Positions 17,564-27,460 of a DNA stretch of 64,000 nucleotides are shown piece by piece (position 1 is the first letter of the stretch; every line of letters begins with the position of its first letter). Position numbers and translations under genes: made by a program. The notes below the pieces were generated by a model. That model ran no database searches. It worked only from the letters and a program-made list of their open reading frames with translations, and had not been told where the DNA came from. This DNA comes from an uncultured Clostridia bacterium (lineage in GTDB: Bacteria > Bacillota > Clostridia > Christensenellales > Aristaeellaceae). The stretch lies in NCBI GenBank assembly GCA_946408995.1, contig CAMJUL010000007.1, forward strand, positions 17 to 64,016, read 5' to 3'.

Positions 17564-19594
17564 TTACAGCACAACGATCTTTTCTCCAAGCGTTTCGCAA
17601 TCCAGGAGCTCCTTCGTCTTTTTGATCATGGTTTCTGCGTCGATCAGCGTATCTCCTGCCCACCAATAACGCCATTTTTTCGATAATCCTTTTTCCCGCT
17701 CATCCAAAATGCTTTGCAGTGCCATAGCGCCCTGCTGAACGGACAGGCGGAACAGGGCCGAATCCGCATCCGTCCGTCTGTATTGAGCGGCCTTGCACAG
17801 CGCGTTGACCCATTGATACAGGCCCAGGATCGTCTGAAGCTGCACAATCAGGTTGTTTTGAAAAAAGGCCCGGCGTTCCTTGGGAATCTGAGGAAGATAT
17901 GCCCGCGCCCGGGCGGATACTGCTTCAAAGTGCTCGATTCCTTTCGCTGTGACCTCCATATAGAAGGCTATAAAAGCCTCCGTTGTGGCAAAATCAAACA
18001 GCCGCTTGTTCTGGATATCGATTTTTATCAATTCTTCCCCCTGAATGATTTTCATCAGCATCAAAGCCACCCGCTTGCACATGCCGTCCATCAGCAGCAT
18101 TCGTCCCGATAGGCCGGTATCGTCCAGATGGGAATAAGCATCGAAATACGCCGTATACAATTCCGCCGCATCCTTACCGTCCGGCAGGTCCAGCACCTCC
18201 TGGCACCAGCTCTTTTCCGCTTCCTGAGGGGTCAGCCCCTGAAAAAGCCAGGTGCACTCCGCCACGGTGGAAATGCCCAGCACGTGCTCCCGAATGTTGG
18301 ACACGTTGAGAACGGAATAGGTTGTGTCGCCCAGGCGGAATGCGCGGTTGTAATTATACAGGATTTTTTCCGGCCGGTTCCCCTGCACCAGATGGGGGCC
18401 GCACCCCCAGAAGCACACGTGGTAATAAACGCCGTAGCTTACGTCCGCCCGGCGCGGCGTTTCAGCGTATTCGCTGCCCCACATCTGATCGGGGCCAAAA
18501 TCGGAAAGGACGATGATGGCGTTCTTTGGAAATTGCAGCGTGCCCGCCCGATACAGGGGCATTCCCTCCATCCACAGGGTCGAGGAGCAGAAGAAATCTT
18601 CCTGGCCCGTTTCCTCCGCAATGATGTGCCACTGATCCCGGATGGCTGCGGAAATCAATGCGCCGCGAGCCTCCGGCGTATCCGGGATCCGGTCGTTTTG
18701 ATACCAAACAGGCCGATCGCCCCGGCCCCGCAGGCCCAATTGCCAGATCACATTGGGGTACTTGGCCCATTTGCGAATAAAGTGCCGCCAAATCTGCCGG
18801 TATTTTTCAGGATGATCCATGTAATTCAGGTTTTCCGTATTGTCCCCCCTGCTTTTGAACCAACGGTCCAGCCGCTGCTGATTCACGCCAACAGGCTCCT
18901 GATGGTGCATGGAAATGAACAGGCCCCGGTCAGTCACAAGCTTTACCAGGGCTTCCTGGGCGGGATCGTCCATATCGATATGGGACGCGGGAATGAGCAG
19001 ATTCTGCTTCATCCGCAGGGCCGTTTCTACGATCATAGACAGCATGGGTGCGTAATCCTGATGAAAATCATATTCTTTTTCGGGCCGTCCCTGACGGCAA
19101 TACCCCATGATCAAATCTTCATCGTTGATGAACCAGCCCCGGAAACGATAGCTTTCCGGGCCGTCCACGACCTTTAGATCCTGGATCTCAATCGTTTCTT
19201 TGCGAATGGGAGCATGATCCGTAAAATGGTACATGGGATCAATCCCCAGAATCCGTCTGCTGCATTCGTAGAGAGCCCACATGGTGCCCCGTTCGTCGCT
19301 GCCGATCAGGTACAGGGTATTTTCGTTGCTTTCCAGCAAAAAATACTCCCATTTTCCTTCGATGCCGGAAGCATCCACCCCGTCCTGCTTCAGTTTTTTC
19401 CGCAGAAGAGGATTCGTCACCGTGCCGATAACCACCTGATCATCCGTTTTTTCCCCATTACGGATGATCTGCCCCGGCCGACCGCATACGGCCAACACAT
19501 CGTTTAAAAAATCCTGCGCCGCAAGGCCCACGCATTTCTTCTCGTGGGGGGCGATCCAAACCTTCACCGGATGAGTCCGATCAAACAGCATCAT
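17564..19594 (-). CDS. GH115-like glycoside hydrolase (alpha-glucuronidase-type family), intracellular
   Basis: 676 aa. LIGSDERGTMWALYECSRRILGIDPMYHFTD and YRFRGWFINDEDL resemble conserved N-terminal/catalytic-domain blocks of GH115 as I remember them. Confidence 0.5.
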   Translation of the reverse strand: MMLFDRTHPVKVWIAPHEKKCVGLAAQDFLNDVLAVCGRPGQIIRNGEKTDDQVVIGTVTNPLLRKKLKQDGVDASGIEGKWEYFLLESNENTLYLIGSDERGTMWALYECSRRILGIDPMYHFTDHAPIRKETIEIQDLKVVDGPESYRFRGWFINDEDLIMGYCRQGRPEKEYDFHQDYAPMLSMIVETALRMKQNLLIPASHIDMDDPAQEALVKLVTDRGLFISMHHQEPVGVNQQRLDRWFKSRGDNTENLNYMDHPEKYRQIWRHFIRKWAKYPNVIWQLGLRGRGDRPVWYQNDRIPDTPEARGALISAAIRDQWHIIAEETGQEDFFCSSTLWMEGMPLYRAGTLQFPKNAIIVLSDFGPDQMWGSEYAETPRRADVSYGVYYHVCFWGCGPHLVQGNRPEKILYNYNRAFRLGDTTYSVLNVSNIREHVLGISTVAECTWLFQGLTPQEAEKSWCQEVLDLPDGKDAAELYTAYFDAYSHLDDTGLSGRMLLMDGMCKRVALMLMKIIQGEELIKIDIQNKRLFDFATTEAFIAFYMEVTAKGIEHFEAVSARARAYLPQIPKERRAFFQNNLIVQLQTILGLYQWVNALCKAAQYRRTDADSALFRLSVQQGAMALQSILDEREKGLSKKWRYWWAGDTLIDAETMIKKTKELLDCETLGEKIVVL

Positions 19595-19615
19595 GGTTTT
19601 GCCCCTTTCTTATTG

Positions 19616-19646
19616 AAAGGCGGACAAGGGCTGTCCCTTGTCCGCC
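19616..19646 (-). terminator. Hairpin between the binding-protein gene and the GH115-like gene
   Basis: On the minus strand, a 12-bp stem GGCGGACAAGGG / CCCTTGTCCGCC with a 4-nt loop, followed by a short TTT. Confidence 0.5.
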
Positions 19647-19664
19647 TGTATATCGCTGAAAAGC

Positions 19665-21344
19665 TTATTTGGCAAAAGTACCGTCCATATAGTTCTGGTA
19701 GGCGTCGCGATAGATTTCGATATAGCGTTCGATGCCCAGATTCTTCAGTTCATTCTGATAGGCGTCAAATTCATCCAGGGAGCGGGCGCCGGTAATGAAC
19801 TTGGGGGTTTCCTGGGTGATGTAGTCTTCAATGGCCATCCGCAGGTCGGTCACTTCTTCTTCCTGTTCGGCGGTCAGATACACACTGGGCAGGCGGATGA
19901 AGGTGAGGTAATCCTCCATGGCGGCGGTCTGGCTCACACGCCAGCGGTGATCCCAGTTGTCGTTGAGGAAGATGGCTTCGGTGGTCACGGGAGCGTTTAC
20001 TTCGCGGCCGGTGATGGCGTCCTTGATCACCTTCACGGTGGTTTCATGCTCCACGCCGGCGTAGGTGTAGCGGTAGGGCTGATAGTTGTCGAACCGGCCC
20101 GCGATGTAGTAATAGGCGGTATTGCCGTTGGTCAGGGTGTAGGTGGGGTTGCTTTCGATCAAATCGTTTACTACAGCGCCGTCATCGTTGATCCACCAGG
20201 GATGGCTTCCTTCGATTTCGGCTTCCGGCGTACCCTTCATGGGGCCGCTCTGGTAGAGCATAGCGCCTTCTTCGCTGTAGAAGAAGTCTGTAATGGCAGC
20301 CACCAGCTCGGGATATTTGGTGGCAGCGGAGGCGTAGGAGCCAATGGAGTAGCCGAAATTGATGGAGGCCACGCGCAGATCATTCACGCTGCTGGAAAGA
20401 GGAGACAGGGCCCACCAGGCCTGCCAGTTGTTTTCGGCGGGCTGCAGGGTAGAATCGCCGAAAATGCCCACGCGCTGTTCCGCCACGATCCCCCGGTTGG
20501 CGGTCTGGTCCAGCGTGAAATAGTCGGGAGACACGAGCCCTTCATCGTACATGGCCTTCACGGTTTCCATGAACAGCTTTGCTTCAGAGGTAAAGGCGGG
20601 CAGCACCACTTCTTCATTTTTGATGGCGAAGGCCGTGCCGTACACTTCGGTGCCGGTGCAGCCATAGAAGCCCAGGGCATTCCAGATATAATCCTTGATT
20701 TTGTTCTGGTTGTCAATGATGGGGATCAGGTTTTCACCCACGCTGCCGGGGTCCTTTTCTTTGAAGGCCCGGGCCACAGCCAGGAACTCATCCAGCGTTT
20801 GAGGCATTTCCATGCCCACGGCCTTCAGCCAGTCCTGGTTGATGTTCACGCGGATGGAGGCGGAGAAAGCGCCGGTGTTATTGTCATATACAGCGCCGCG
20901 GATGTAAGGCAGGGTGTACAGTTTGCCGTCGGGGGCGGTGGAGGCCACAAAGGCATCGGGATAGGCTTCCCGGGCTTTGCAGGCGTTGGGCATGGTTTCT
21001 TCGTTCAGGTAAGGCGTCCAATCCAGCAGCTCCTCGGCGTCCACGCCGTAGCGCATGATATCACTGGTGCCGATGCCCACCCACATCAGGTCGAACACGT
21101 CGTCGGACAGGAGCAATTGGGTGGCACGCTCACCGGCGGTGCCGTTGTCCACCGCTTCCAGCTCAAACTTTACATTGAACTTATCCGCCAGATATTTGAA
21201 GATGTACAGATCTTCCACAGCGGCGGTCTGCTCGCTGTGCAGAATGGTGAGCACACGCAGCGTGGGCACATCGTCCGCCAGGGCGGAGGCGCCAAGGCTC
21301 AGCAGCATCACAGCGGCCAGAACCAGAGACAGGATACGTTTCAT
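19665..21344 (-). CDS. Extracellular solute-binding protein of a second sugar ABC transporter
   Basis: 559 aa with the signal peptide MKRILSLVLAAVMLLSLGASALA. Large family-1 oligosaccharide-binding type. Confidence 0.8.
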   Translation of the reverse strand: MKRILSLVLAAVMLLSLGASALADDVPTLRVLTILHSEQTAAVEDLYIFKYLADKFNVKFELEAVDNGTAGERATQLLLSDDVFDLMWVGIGTSDIMRYGVDAEELLDWTPYLNEETMPNACKAREAYPDAFVASTAPDGKLYTLPYIRGAVYDNNTGAFSASIRVNINQDWLKAVGMEMPQTLDEFLAVARAFKEKDPGSVGENLIPIIDNQNKIKDYIWNALGFYGCTGTEVYGTAFAIKNEEVVLPAFTSEAKLFMETVKAMYDEGLVSPDYFTLDQTANRGIVAEQRVGIFGDSTLQPAENNWQAWWALSPLSSSVNDLRVASINFGYSIGSYASAATKYPELVAAITDFFYSEEGAMLYQSGPMKGTPEAEIEGSHPWWINDDGAVVNDLIESNPTYTLTNGNTAYYYIAGRFDNYQPYRYTYAGVEHETTVKVIKDAITGREVNAPVTTEAIFLNDNWDHRWRVSQTAAMEDYLTFIRLPSVYLTAEQEEEVTDLRMAIEDYITQETPKFITGARSLDEFDAYQNELKNLGIERYIEIYRDAYQNYMDGTFAK

Positions 21345-21395
21345 GGGATATACCTCCTTTATATTTCATATGCGATTCCGCATATTGAATCAGGT

Positions 21396-22322
21396 TCATC
21401 CTTTTACGGACCCGATCATCATTCCTTTCACAAAATATTTTTGCACGAAAGGATAAGCGATCAGCATGGGCGCGCTGGAAATGAGCACCAGAGCGTATTT
21501 CATCACGACCGCCAGATTGGCGCGCCGGGCCATATCGGCAATGGTTTCCGGGTCCAGCATCCCCAGCTGATCTTCGCTCAGTGCGCTTTCATTCAGGATC
21601 AGAATGCGCCGCAGCACCAGGGACAGGGGATGGTAGGCCCGGTTGCTCAGGTACATCATGGCGTTCCAGTAGCTGTTCCAATGACCTACGGCGTAATACA
21701 GCGCCATCACCGCCAGAATGGGGCCGGACAGGGGCAGAGCGATGCGGAAAAACAGGCCGAATTCGCTGCTGCCGTCAATGCGCCCGGCTTCGTAAAGGCT
21801 GTCCGGGATACTGTTGGTAAAATAGGTGCGGGTGACGATCATGTTGTAGATGCTCAGGCCTCCCGTCACCACCATGACCAGCGGATTATTGATCAGGTTC
21901 AGATCTTTGTACAGCAGATAGGTGGCCGCCATGCCGCCGTGAAAATACATGGTGATCAGAAAATACCAGGAAATCACTTTGTGCCCGAACATTTTCTTTT
22001 TGCTCATCACATAGGCCGTGGGGATGGTGAGCAGCAGGTTGAACGCCGTGCCGAACACCGTATACAGAATGGTGTTCAGGTACCCGCGCCAGATTTCAGG
22101 GTTTTCAAATACTGCCTGGTAGGCCGTGGTTTGAAACCCGATGGGCCATAGGTTCACCTGACCCGTCGCCACAGGGACATAATCGGAAAAGGAGGCGATA
22201 ACGGTAAAAAAAAGTGGATAGAAGCAAATGAAGGTGAGAAGCAGCAGGAGCGCTATATTGACGAAATCAAACAGGCCCACTTTACGCGTTTTTTTCTTTT
22301 GCCGCTGGATGGCGGTATCCAT
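21396..22322 (-). CDS. Carbohydrate ABC transporter permease
   Basis: Membrane protein with the EAA loop YEAGRIDGSSEFGLFFRIALPL. Confidence 0.85.
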   Translation of the reverse strand: MDTAIQRQKKKTRKVGLFDFVNIALLLLLTFICFYPLFFTVIASFSDYVPVATGQVNLWPIGFQTTAYQAVFENPEIWRGYLNTILYTVFGTAFNLLLTIPTAYVMSKKKMFGHKVISWYFLITMYFHGGMAATYLLYKDLNLINNPLVMVVTGGLSIYNMIVTRTYFTNSIPDSLYEAGRIDGSSEFGLFFRIALPLSGPILAVMALYYAVGHWNSYWNAMMYLSNRAYHPLSLVLRRILILNESALSEDQLGMLDPETIADMARRANLAVVMKYALVLISSAPMLIAYPFVQKYFVKGMMIGSVKG

Positions 22323-22339
22323 GTCCTTTTCCTCCTTTC

Positions 22340-23296
22340 TCAGAACAGCCCTGTGTCCGTAACCTTCTTGACCACAAAGTTGGCCATCAGCAGGATCAGG
22401 ATATTGACCACGTTGTTGAACAGGCTGATGGCCGTGGCATAGCTGTACTGCCCGCTTTGGATGCCCACCCGGTACACATACGTGGAAATCACCTGAGAGG
22501 CGGACAGATTCAGGTCGTTTTGCAGCAGAAAGATTTTGGAGTATCCCACAGACAGAAGGCCGCCCATGCGCATGATGAAGGTAATGGCGATGGTAGGCAG
22601 AATGCCTGGAATGTTCACATGTCGAATGATTTGCATGCGGTTGGCCCCGTCAATGGTGGCCGCTTCGATTTGCTCCTGAGAAATAGATGCCAGGGCGGAA
22701 ATATACAGGATGGAATCCCAGCCAATATTCTGCCATAAGCCGCTCCACACATAAATGGAGGAGAAAGCGCCTGGTATTTCAATGAAAGGGATTCTATCCC
22801 CGCCGGAGGCCACGATCATATTGTTGATGGGGCCGTTGGCGCGGGCGAGCATCATCAGCACCAGGGAGCACACCACCACTTCGCTCAGAAAGTGGGGAGC
22901 GTAGGTGATCATTTGCACAGTTTTTTTCAGTTTCAGGTTCCGCACTTCGTTGAGCATCAGTGCAAAGAGGATAGGAAGCGGGAAAATGACCAGCGAATAC
23001 AGCGTAATGGACAGCGTATTTCGGATCATCTTCCAGAAATCGGGATAATTGACAAACCGGATGAAGTTTTTGAACAGCGGATCCAGCCATGGGCTCCCTG
23101 CGGCGCCCAACTTGGGTTTATAATTCTTAAAAGCGATTTGAACGCCGTACATCGGGCCGTAGTTAAAAATGGCCACGTAAACGATGGCCGGGATCAGCAG
23201 CACATACCATTGCCAGCTTTCCGTCAGCCGTTTGCGGACATGGGCCCATCCCATCCGCCGCTTGGGCAGCGTGCTGTTCATTTTTCTGGTCGTCAC
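22340..23296 (-). CDS. Carbohydrate ABC transporter permease
   Basis: Membrane protein with the EAA loop IEAATIDGANRMQIIRHVNIPG. Confidence 0.85.
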   Translation of the reverse strand: MTTRKMNSTLPKRRMGWAHVRKRLTESWQWYVLLIPAIVYVAIFNYGPMYGVQIAFKNYKPKLGAAGSPWLDPLFKNFIRFVNYPDFWKMIRNTLSITLYSLVIFPLPILFALMLNEVRNLKLKKTVQMITYAPHFLSEVVVCSLVLMMLARANGPINNMIVASGGDRIPFIEIPGAFSSIYVWSGLWQNIGWDSILYISALASISQEQIEAATIDGANRMQIIRHVNIPGILPTIAITFIMRMGGLLSVGYSKIFLLQNDLNLSASQVISTYVYRVGIQSGQYSYATAISLFNNVVNILILLMANFVVKKVTDTGLF

Positions 23297-23392
23297 GCCG
23301 GAACACCCCTTTCATGTTTGAGACGGGATCAGGGAGGAATTCTTCGCGCACAATGTAACATTCGGGAAAGAAAACGCTCAAGTCCCAAAACC

Positions 23393-23445
23393 CCAAAACA
23401 GAGCCCAGAATCCCTTGCATTCAGGATTTTGGGTTCTGTTTTTGG
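23393..23445 (-). terminator. Imperfect long hairpin after the AraC-type regulator gene
   Basis: About 21-nt imperfect inverted repeat (CCAAAACAGAGCCCAGAATCC / GGATTTTGGGTTCTGTTTTTGG) around a 10-nt loop. Confidence 0.4.
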
Positions 23446-23483
23446 ACTTTGGCGTAATTTCTCCCACTTGTGACATAAATCCT

Positions 23484-25577
23484 TTAGATTTGGGATGGAA
23501 GCGACCCCGTTAGTTCCTTGAACTTTTTGCTGAAATTGGAGGTTTTCCGGTACCCCACCTTCAACGCCACGTCATTTACAGAAAGACTTTTATTCTCGCT
23601 CAGCAGTCTTCTGGCTTCGCCGATCCGCAGCATGGTCACATATTCCTTGAAGGCGGAGCCGGTTTCCCGTTTGATCATGGCGCTGATGTAATCCGCGCTC
23701 AGGCCGAAGGTTTCAGACATGTCCTGCAAATTGATGTCCGGATCGAAGGCATTGGCAATCACATATTCCACGATCAGCCGGGCTGTATCGTCCGACGCCG
23801 GTTTGGACTGGCGATGGAGGCTTACGCTGTTTTTCAGAATCTTTTTCAAATCATCGATCACCATGTATGTATCAGGCAGGAGCACCAGCGCGTTGATGTT
23901 CGTTTTGTCGATCACCATGCTTCTATCCTCCGCTTTTCGCAGGGTGCTGCTGATAAGCTCATAAATGTGGTGCTTCGTCAGCGCGCCGTTGAGCGGTTCA
24001 TCGGATAAAAAGCCTGCTATGGCGGCGCAGGCCCGTTCTTCCGCTTTTTCATCGTCCGTTTCCAGGGCGGCCAGGAGCTTTTCCGCCAGGTCATCCGCCT
24101 GACCGGGCAGAAGCAGATGATTGGGGGGCTTTTTGTATTGCTTGGCTGTCAAAACCGACATAAAGGAGATGGGGAGCCGTTTGGGAGAATCCACCGGGGT
24201 GCCCCCGAACGCCTGAAGACTGTATTTTTCAAGCGTGGGCTGAAAATAGGCGAATAGATCATCCACGGTTAATCCGGTATTATAATTGGCGATGACGGCG
24301 CATTGTCCCGTTTCAGCGGTTTCCACGGTGTAAAAACAGGCGGAATCATCGGAAAGCGCTTCCAAATCCTTTCTTAGGGCTTCTTTTGCCGTCCGGTTCA
24401 GCTTTTCGCTTTCGATCAAAAAAACGCAGTAATTGGGACGCTTCAATGAAATATCCAATAAGGCCCATCTTTCCATCAGGCGTTCGCTGTATTCTCCCCG
24501 CAACAGAAGCAGCAGCAATTGATCCTTCAATTGCCGCCGCACGTCGCTGTGCTGCCGATCCAGATTTCCCAAAACGGCGTCTAACTGCCGAAATTCGTTT
24601 TTGATTTTGGTTTCCTCCGGCAGATATTTCCGGATCAGCTGATCCAGGGGCCACAGGCTGAATTTGGCCAGCAGCAATGCCAGACCAAGGGCAAGCAGGA
24701 CGCAGACGGAGGCGGTCAGGATCAATAAAGGATTGTTGGAAATCAATTCCTGCCAGCCTGTCAGCAATTGCTCCGCAAGGATGGAAAACCTTCCTTTGGC
24801 GGAGATTGCCGTGATCGTGTTCTTTTCGTTATGGGGAAAGTCTCCGGCTTCCGCCGTACTTAAAAACATGTCTGTTCCCATTGAAATGATATAATCCTCT
24901 GGGAGCCCTACGGTCATTTGACTTAAATAATCCTTGATTTGTCCCTCTGTCATCACAAAACATAGAGAAGCTGCCCGGGGATCATTGGGCCCATAGATCC
25001 GCAGCGGAAACACAACGAGAATCGTCTCTTCGAACCGGTCAAAATAGGCAAACCGTGCTTCACTGATTTGTTCCAGCGTTTCAGGGATCCGTTCCCCGGG
25101 AAGATGCAGCACCGCCGGCGCATAGTAATCAAAATAAGACGTATTGCCGGAAGAGGTATAGATTTTGCTGCTGAAATTGTATACAAGAAAGTACTGGCTG
25201 GCAAGCGGAGATGAAATGGACAGCTGTTTGAAGGTTTTCAGCAGCGCAATGTCATAAACCGGGCCGCTGTTTACCACGCTTGGTCTGTAATCTGGGTTTG
25301 CGGTGATCTGGGTGGCGATCCCTTCCAAAGCCAGGTATTGCTTCTCCAGTATATCCACGGACCGCTGCAGCACATTTTGGATATTTCGCTCCTCCAGGGT
25401 CACGATGCGCCGTGCGGAAAAACTGAGCGCCGTAAAGAGAATAATGCCGGACAGCAGGAATAAAACGATGAAATAAACCGCAGCGTACCGATAAAAGGTT
25501 TTTGTCTTTTGCCTTGTACCAAGCAACGTTTTCACCCCTTGCACGCATACCCGGAGCAGGCCGCCGAGAAAGCGCAT
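23484..25577 (-). CDS. Membrane-anchored one-component AraC-family regulator with an extracytoplasmic sensor domain
   Basis: Start at ATG 25577. TM1 is YAAVYFIVLFLLSGIILFTALSF, followed by an outside segment of about 270 aa and TM2 LLILTASVCVLLALGLALLL. The C-terminus carries an AraC double HTH (..GLSADYISAMIKRETG.. VALKVGYRKTSNFSKKFKELTG). Confidence 0.75.
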   Translation of the reverse strand: MRFLGGLLRVCVQGVKTLLGTRQKTKTFYRYAAVYFIVLFLLSGIILFTALSFSARRIVTLEERNIQNVLQRSVDILEKQYLALEGIATQITANPDYRPSVVNSGPVYDIALLKTFKQLSISSPLASQYFLVYNFSSKIYTSSGNTSYFDYYAPAVLHLPGERIPETLEQISEARFAYFDRFEETILVVFPLRIYGPNDPRAASLCFVMTEGQIKDYLSQMTVGLPEDYIISMGTDMFLSTAEAGDFPHNEKNTITAISAKGRFSILAEQLLTGWQELISNNPLLILTASVCVLLALGLALLLAKFSLWPLDQLIRKYLPEETKIKNEFRQLDAVLGNLDRQHSDVRRQLKDQLLLLLLRGEYSERLMERWALLDISLKRPNYCVFLIESEKLNRTAKEALRKDLEALSDDSACFYTVETAETGQCAVIANYNTGLTVDDLFAYFQPTLEKYSLQAFGGTPVDSPKRLPISFMSVLTAKQYKKPPNHLLLPGQADDLAEKLLAALETDDEKAEERACAAIAGFLSDEPLNGALTKHHIYELISSTLRKAEDRSMVIDKTNINALVLLPDTYMVIDDLKKILKNSVSLHRQSKPASDDTARLIVEYVIANAFDPDINLQDMSETFGLSADYISAMIKRETGSAFKEYVTMLRIGEARRLLSENKSLSVNDVALKVGYRKTSNFSKKFKELTGSLPSQI

Positions 25578-25588
25578 TTTTCTTTCTG

Positions 25589-26431
25589 TTATCCCTTGAC
25601 CGCCCCGGCCACCAGACCCTTGACCATGTATTTCTGGAAGAAGAAAAACACGAAGATCATGGGCAGCGCACCCAGGATGGAGGCGGAATTGATCAGCTGC
25701 CAATCGCTCACCTCGCCCATGTAAGTGAGCTTCAGGCCCTGGGACAGCGTCCACAGGCCGGGGGAGCGCACCAGGGTAACGGCGTGCAGGTAATCGTCCC
25801 AGGTCATGAGAAAGCTGTAAATGCCCACGGCCAGAATGCCCGGTACCACCAGGGGCATGATAATGCGCAGCAGCGTTTTCAGCCTGCCGCAGCCGTCTGT
25901 CCAGGCGGCTTCCTCCAGATCCCGGGGAATGCCGTCAAAGAAGGAGGCCATAAGCGATATGGAAAAGGGCACCTGGGTGGCACTGATGGCCAGCACCAGG
26001 CCCAAACGGCTGTCCGTCATGCCAAAACGGCGCAGGATGCCGTAAAGCGAAATCAGGCGGCTGATCACTGGCATCATCTGGGAAAAGGAAAACGCAGCCA
26101 GCAGCAGCACGTTCCACCGGAAGTGGAACCTGCTCAGGGCATAGCCCGCCATGATGGATAGGACGCAAATCAGCAGGGCCGCAAGGGCGGAAACGATCAG
26201 GTTATTTTGATAATAAATCAGGAATTTACCGTCCTGAAACAGGGTGCGATAGCCCTCCAGCGACAGGCTTTCCGGCCACAGAGAGGGGACGATGCGGTAG
26301 GATTCCACGTTGGTTTTCAGCGACGTGACCGCCATCCAGTACACAGGGAACAGCAGGAAGGAAAAAAGAAAAAGAACGGCGATATATTTGAAGGCTTTGG
26401 CTGCCGCGCGCATGCCTTTTGTGTTTTTCAT
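25589..26431 (-). CDS. Carbohydrate ABC transporter permease
   Basis: Start at ATG 26431 (280 aa). EAA loop EEAAWTDGCGRLKTLLRIIMPL. The 240-aa N-terminal extension in the ORF track overlaps the upstream permease gene and is Arg/Gly-rich. Confidence 0.85.
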   Translation of the reverse strand: MKNTKGMRAAAKAFKYIAVLFLFSFLLFPVYWMAVTSLKTNVESYRIVPSLWPESLSLEGYRTLFQDGKFLIYYQNNLIVSALAALLICVLSIMAGYALSRFHFRWNVLLLAAFSFSQMMPVISRLISLYGILRRFGMTDSRLGLVLAISATQVPFSISLMASFFDGIPRDLEEAAWTDGCGRLKTLLRIIMPLVVPGILAVGIYSFLMTWDDYLHAVTLVRSPGLWTLSQGLKLTYMGEVSDWQLINSASILGALPMIFVFFFFQKYMVKGLVAGAVKG

Positions 26432-26445
26432 GCTTCGCCCCTCCT

Positions 26446-27387
26446 TTACTGCTTTTCCCGTCGAAAGACCAGGTTGAACAGAAACACCACCACGATCATC
26501 GCCAGCAGCCACACGGTGGTCACCGCCGCGCCGGAGCCGTAATTGTTGTTTACAAAGGCTTCGTCGTAGGAAAGCACGGCGAGGGTGGTGGTGGCACCCA
26601 CGGGCCCGCCGTTGGTCAGGGTGGCAAACAGCGGGTACTGCTTGAAGTTTTCTATGATGCACATAGATATGGTCACCGCGATCACGCTGCGCATATAGGG
26701 GATCAGGATGTGGATCAGCCGGGTAAAGTAGCCTGCGCCGTCTATTTTCGCGGCCTCCAAAATATCTTCCGGCACGTTCTGCATACCGGCCAGCAGCAGC
26801 AGCGTCATCAGCGGCACCTGCTTCCACAGCCCCGCGATGATTACGCCCCACAGGGCCGTTCCCTTTCCGTTCAGCATCCCGAAATCCGTGATTTTGCCCC
26901 CGGAAAACAGGTTGACCAGATACTGCACAAGACCGTAGGGATTGGCGTAAATCCAGGCCCACAAAAGGCCCGTGATCACAGTGGGGATCACCCAGGGGAT
27001 CATCATCACGCTGCGCAGGAACCGCGCGCCCTTGGGCTCGGTATTCAGGATCAGGGCCAGCGTCATGCTGATCAGAAAGGTGAGCGCCACCGTCCAAAAC
27101 ACAAAACGCCCCGTGATCCCGATGGCGGCTTGCAGCTTTCCCGCCTTCCACAGCCGGGTGTAATTGGCAAAGTCATTCCATTCCCCAGGCCGGTTCTTGG
27201 TGAGGTTGGCGATTTTGTAAGTGGTAAAGCTCATGGCCACGGAATCCACAATGGGGATCAGGATGAACGCCGTGCACAAAACAAGGGCCGGAAGCAGCAG
27301 GCACAGGCAGAACAGCAGATCCTGACGTTTCCGGGAGCCCTTGCCCCTAAATAAACGGCGGCCAGGGCGGACAGAGGATGTGGTCAT
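26446..27387 (-). CDS. Carbohydrate ABC transporter permease
   Basis: Membrane protein with the EAA loop LEAAKIDGAGYFTRLIHILIPY. Confidence 0.85.
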   Translation of the reverse strand: MTTSSVRPGRRLFRGKGSRKRQDLLFCLCLLLPALVLCTAFILIPIVDSVAMSFTTYKIANLTKNRPGEWNDFANYTRLWKAGKLQAAIGITGRFVFWTVALTFLISMTLALILNTEPKGARFLRSVMMIPWVIPTVITGLLWAWIYANPYGLVQYLVNLFSGGKITDFGMLNGKGTALWGVIIAGLWKQVPLMTLLLLAGMQNVPEDILEAAKIDGAGYFTRLIHILIPYMRSVIAVTISMCIIENFKQYPLFATLTNGGPVGATTTLAVLSYDEAFVNNNYGSGAAVTTVWLLAMIVVVFLFNLVFRREKQ

Positions 27388-27404
27388 GGGGCTTGCCTCC
27401 TTTG

Positions 27405-27438
27405 AAGAAATGGGGGGTGGGCAAAATGCGCCACCCCC
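27405..27438 (-). terminator. Intra-operon hairpin after the binding-protein gene
   Basis: On the minus strand, an 8-bp stem GGGGGTGG / CCACCCCC with a 10-nt loop, followed by CATTTCTTC. Confidence 0.45.
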
Positions 27439-27460
27439 TTGGAAAGCTCAGCTCAAAGCA

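Noticed and set aside
19638-22151. 837-aa ORF on the + strand
   Set aside because: It is antisense to the second binding-protein and permease genes, with the same low-complexity Gly/Val/His-rich composition and no plausible RBS.
26432-27151. 240-aa N-terminal extension of the permease ORF 25589-27151
   Set aside because: It overlaps the upstream permease gene in another frame and is Arg/Gly/Asp-rich. A good ATG at 26431 gives a normal 280-aa permease.
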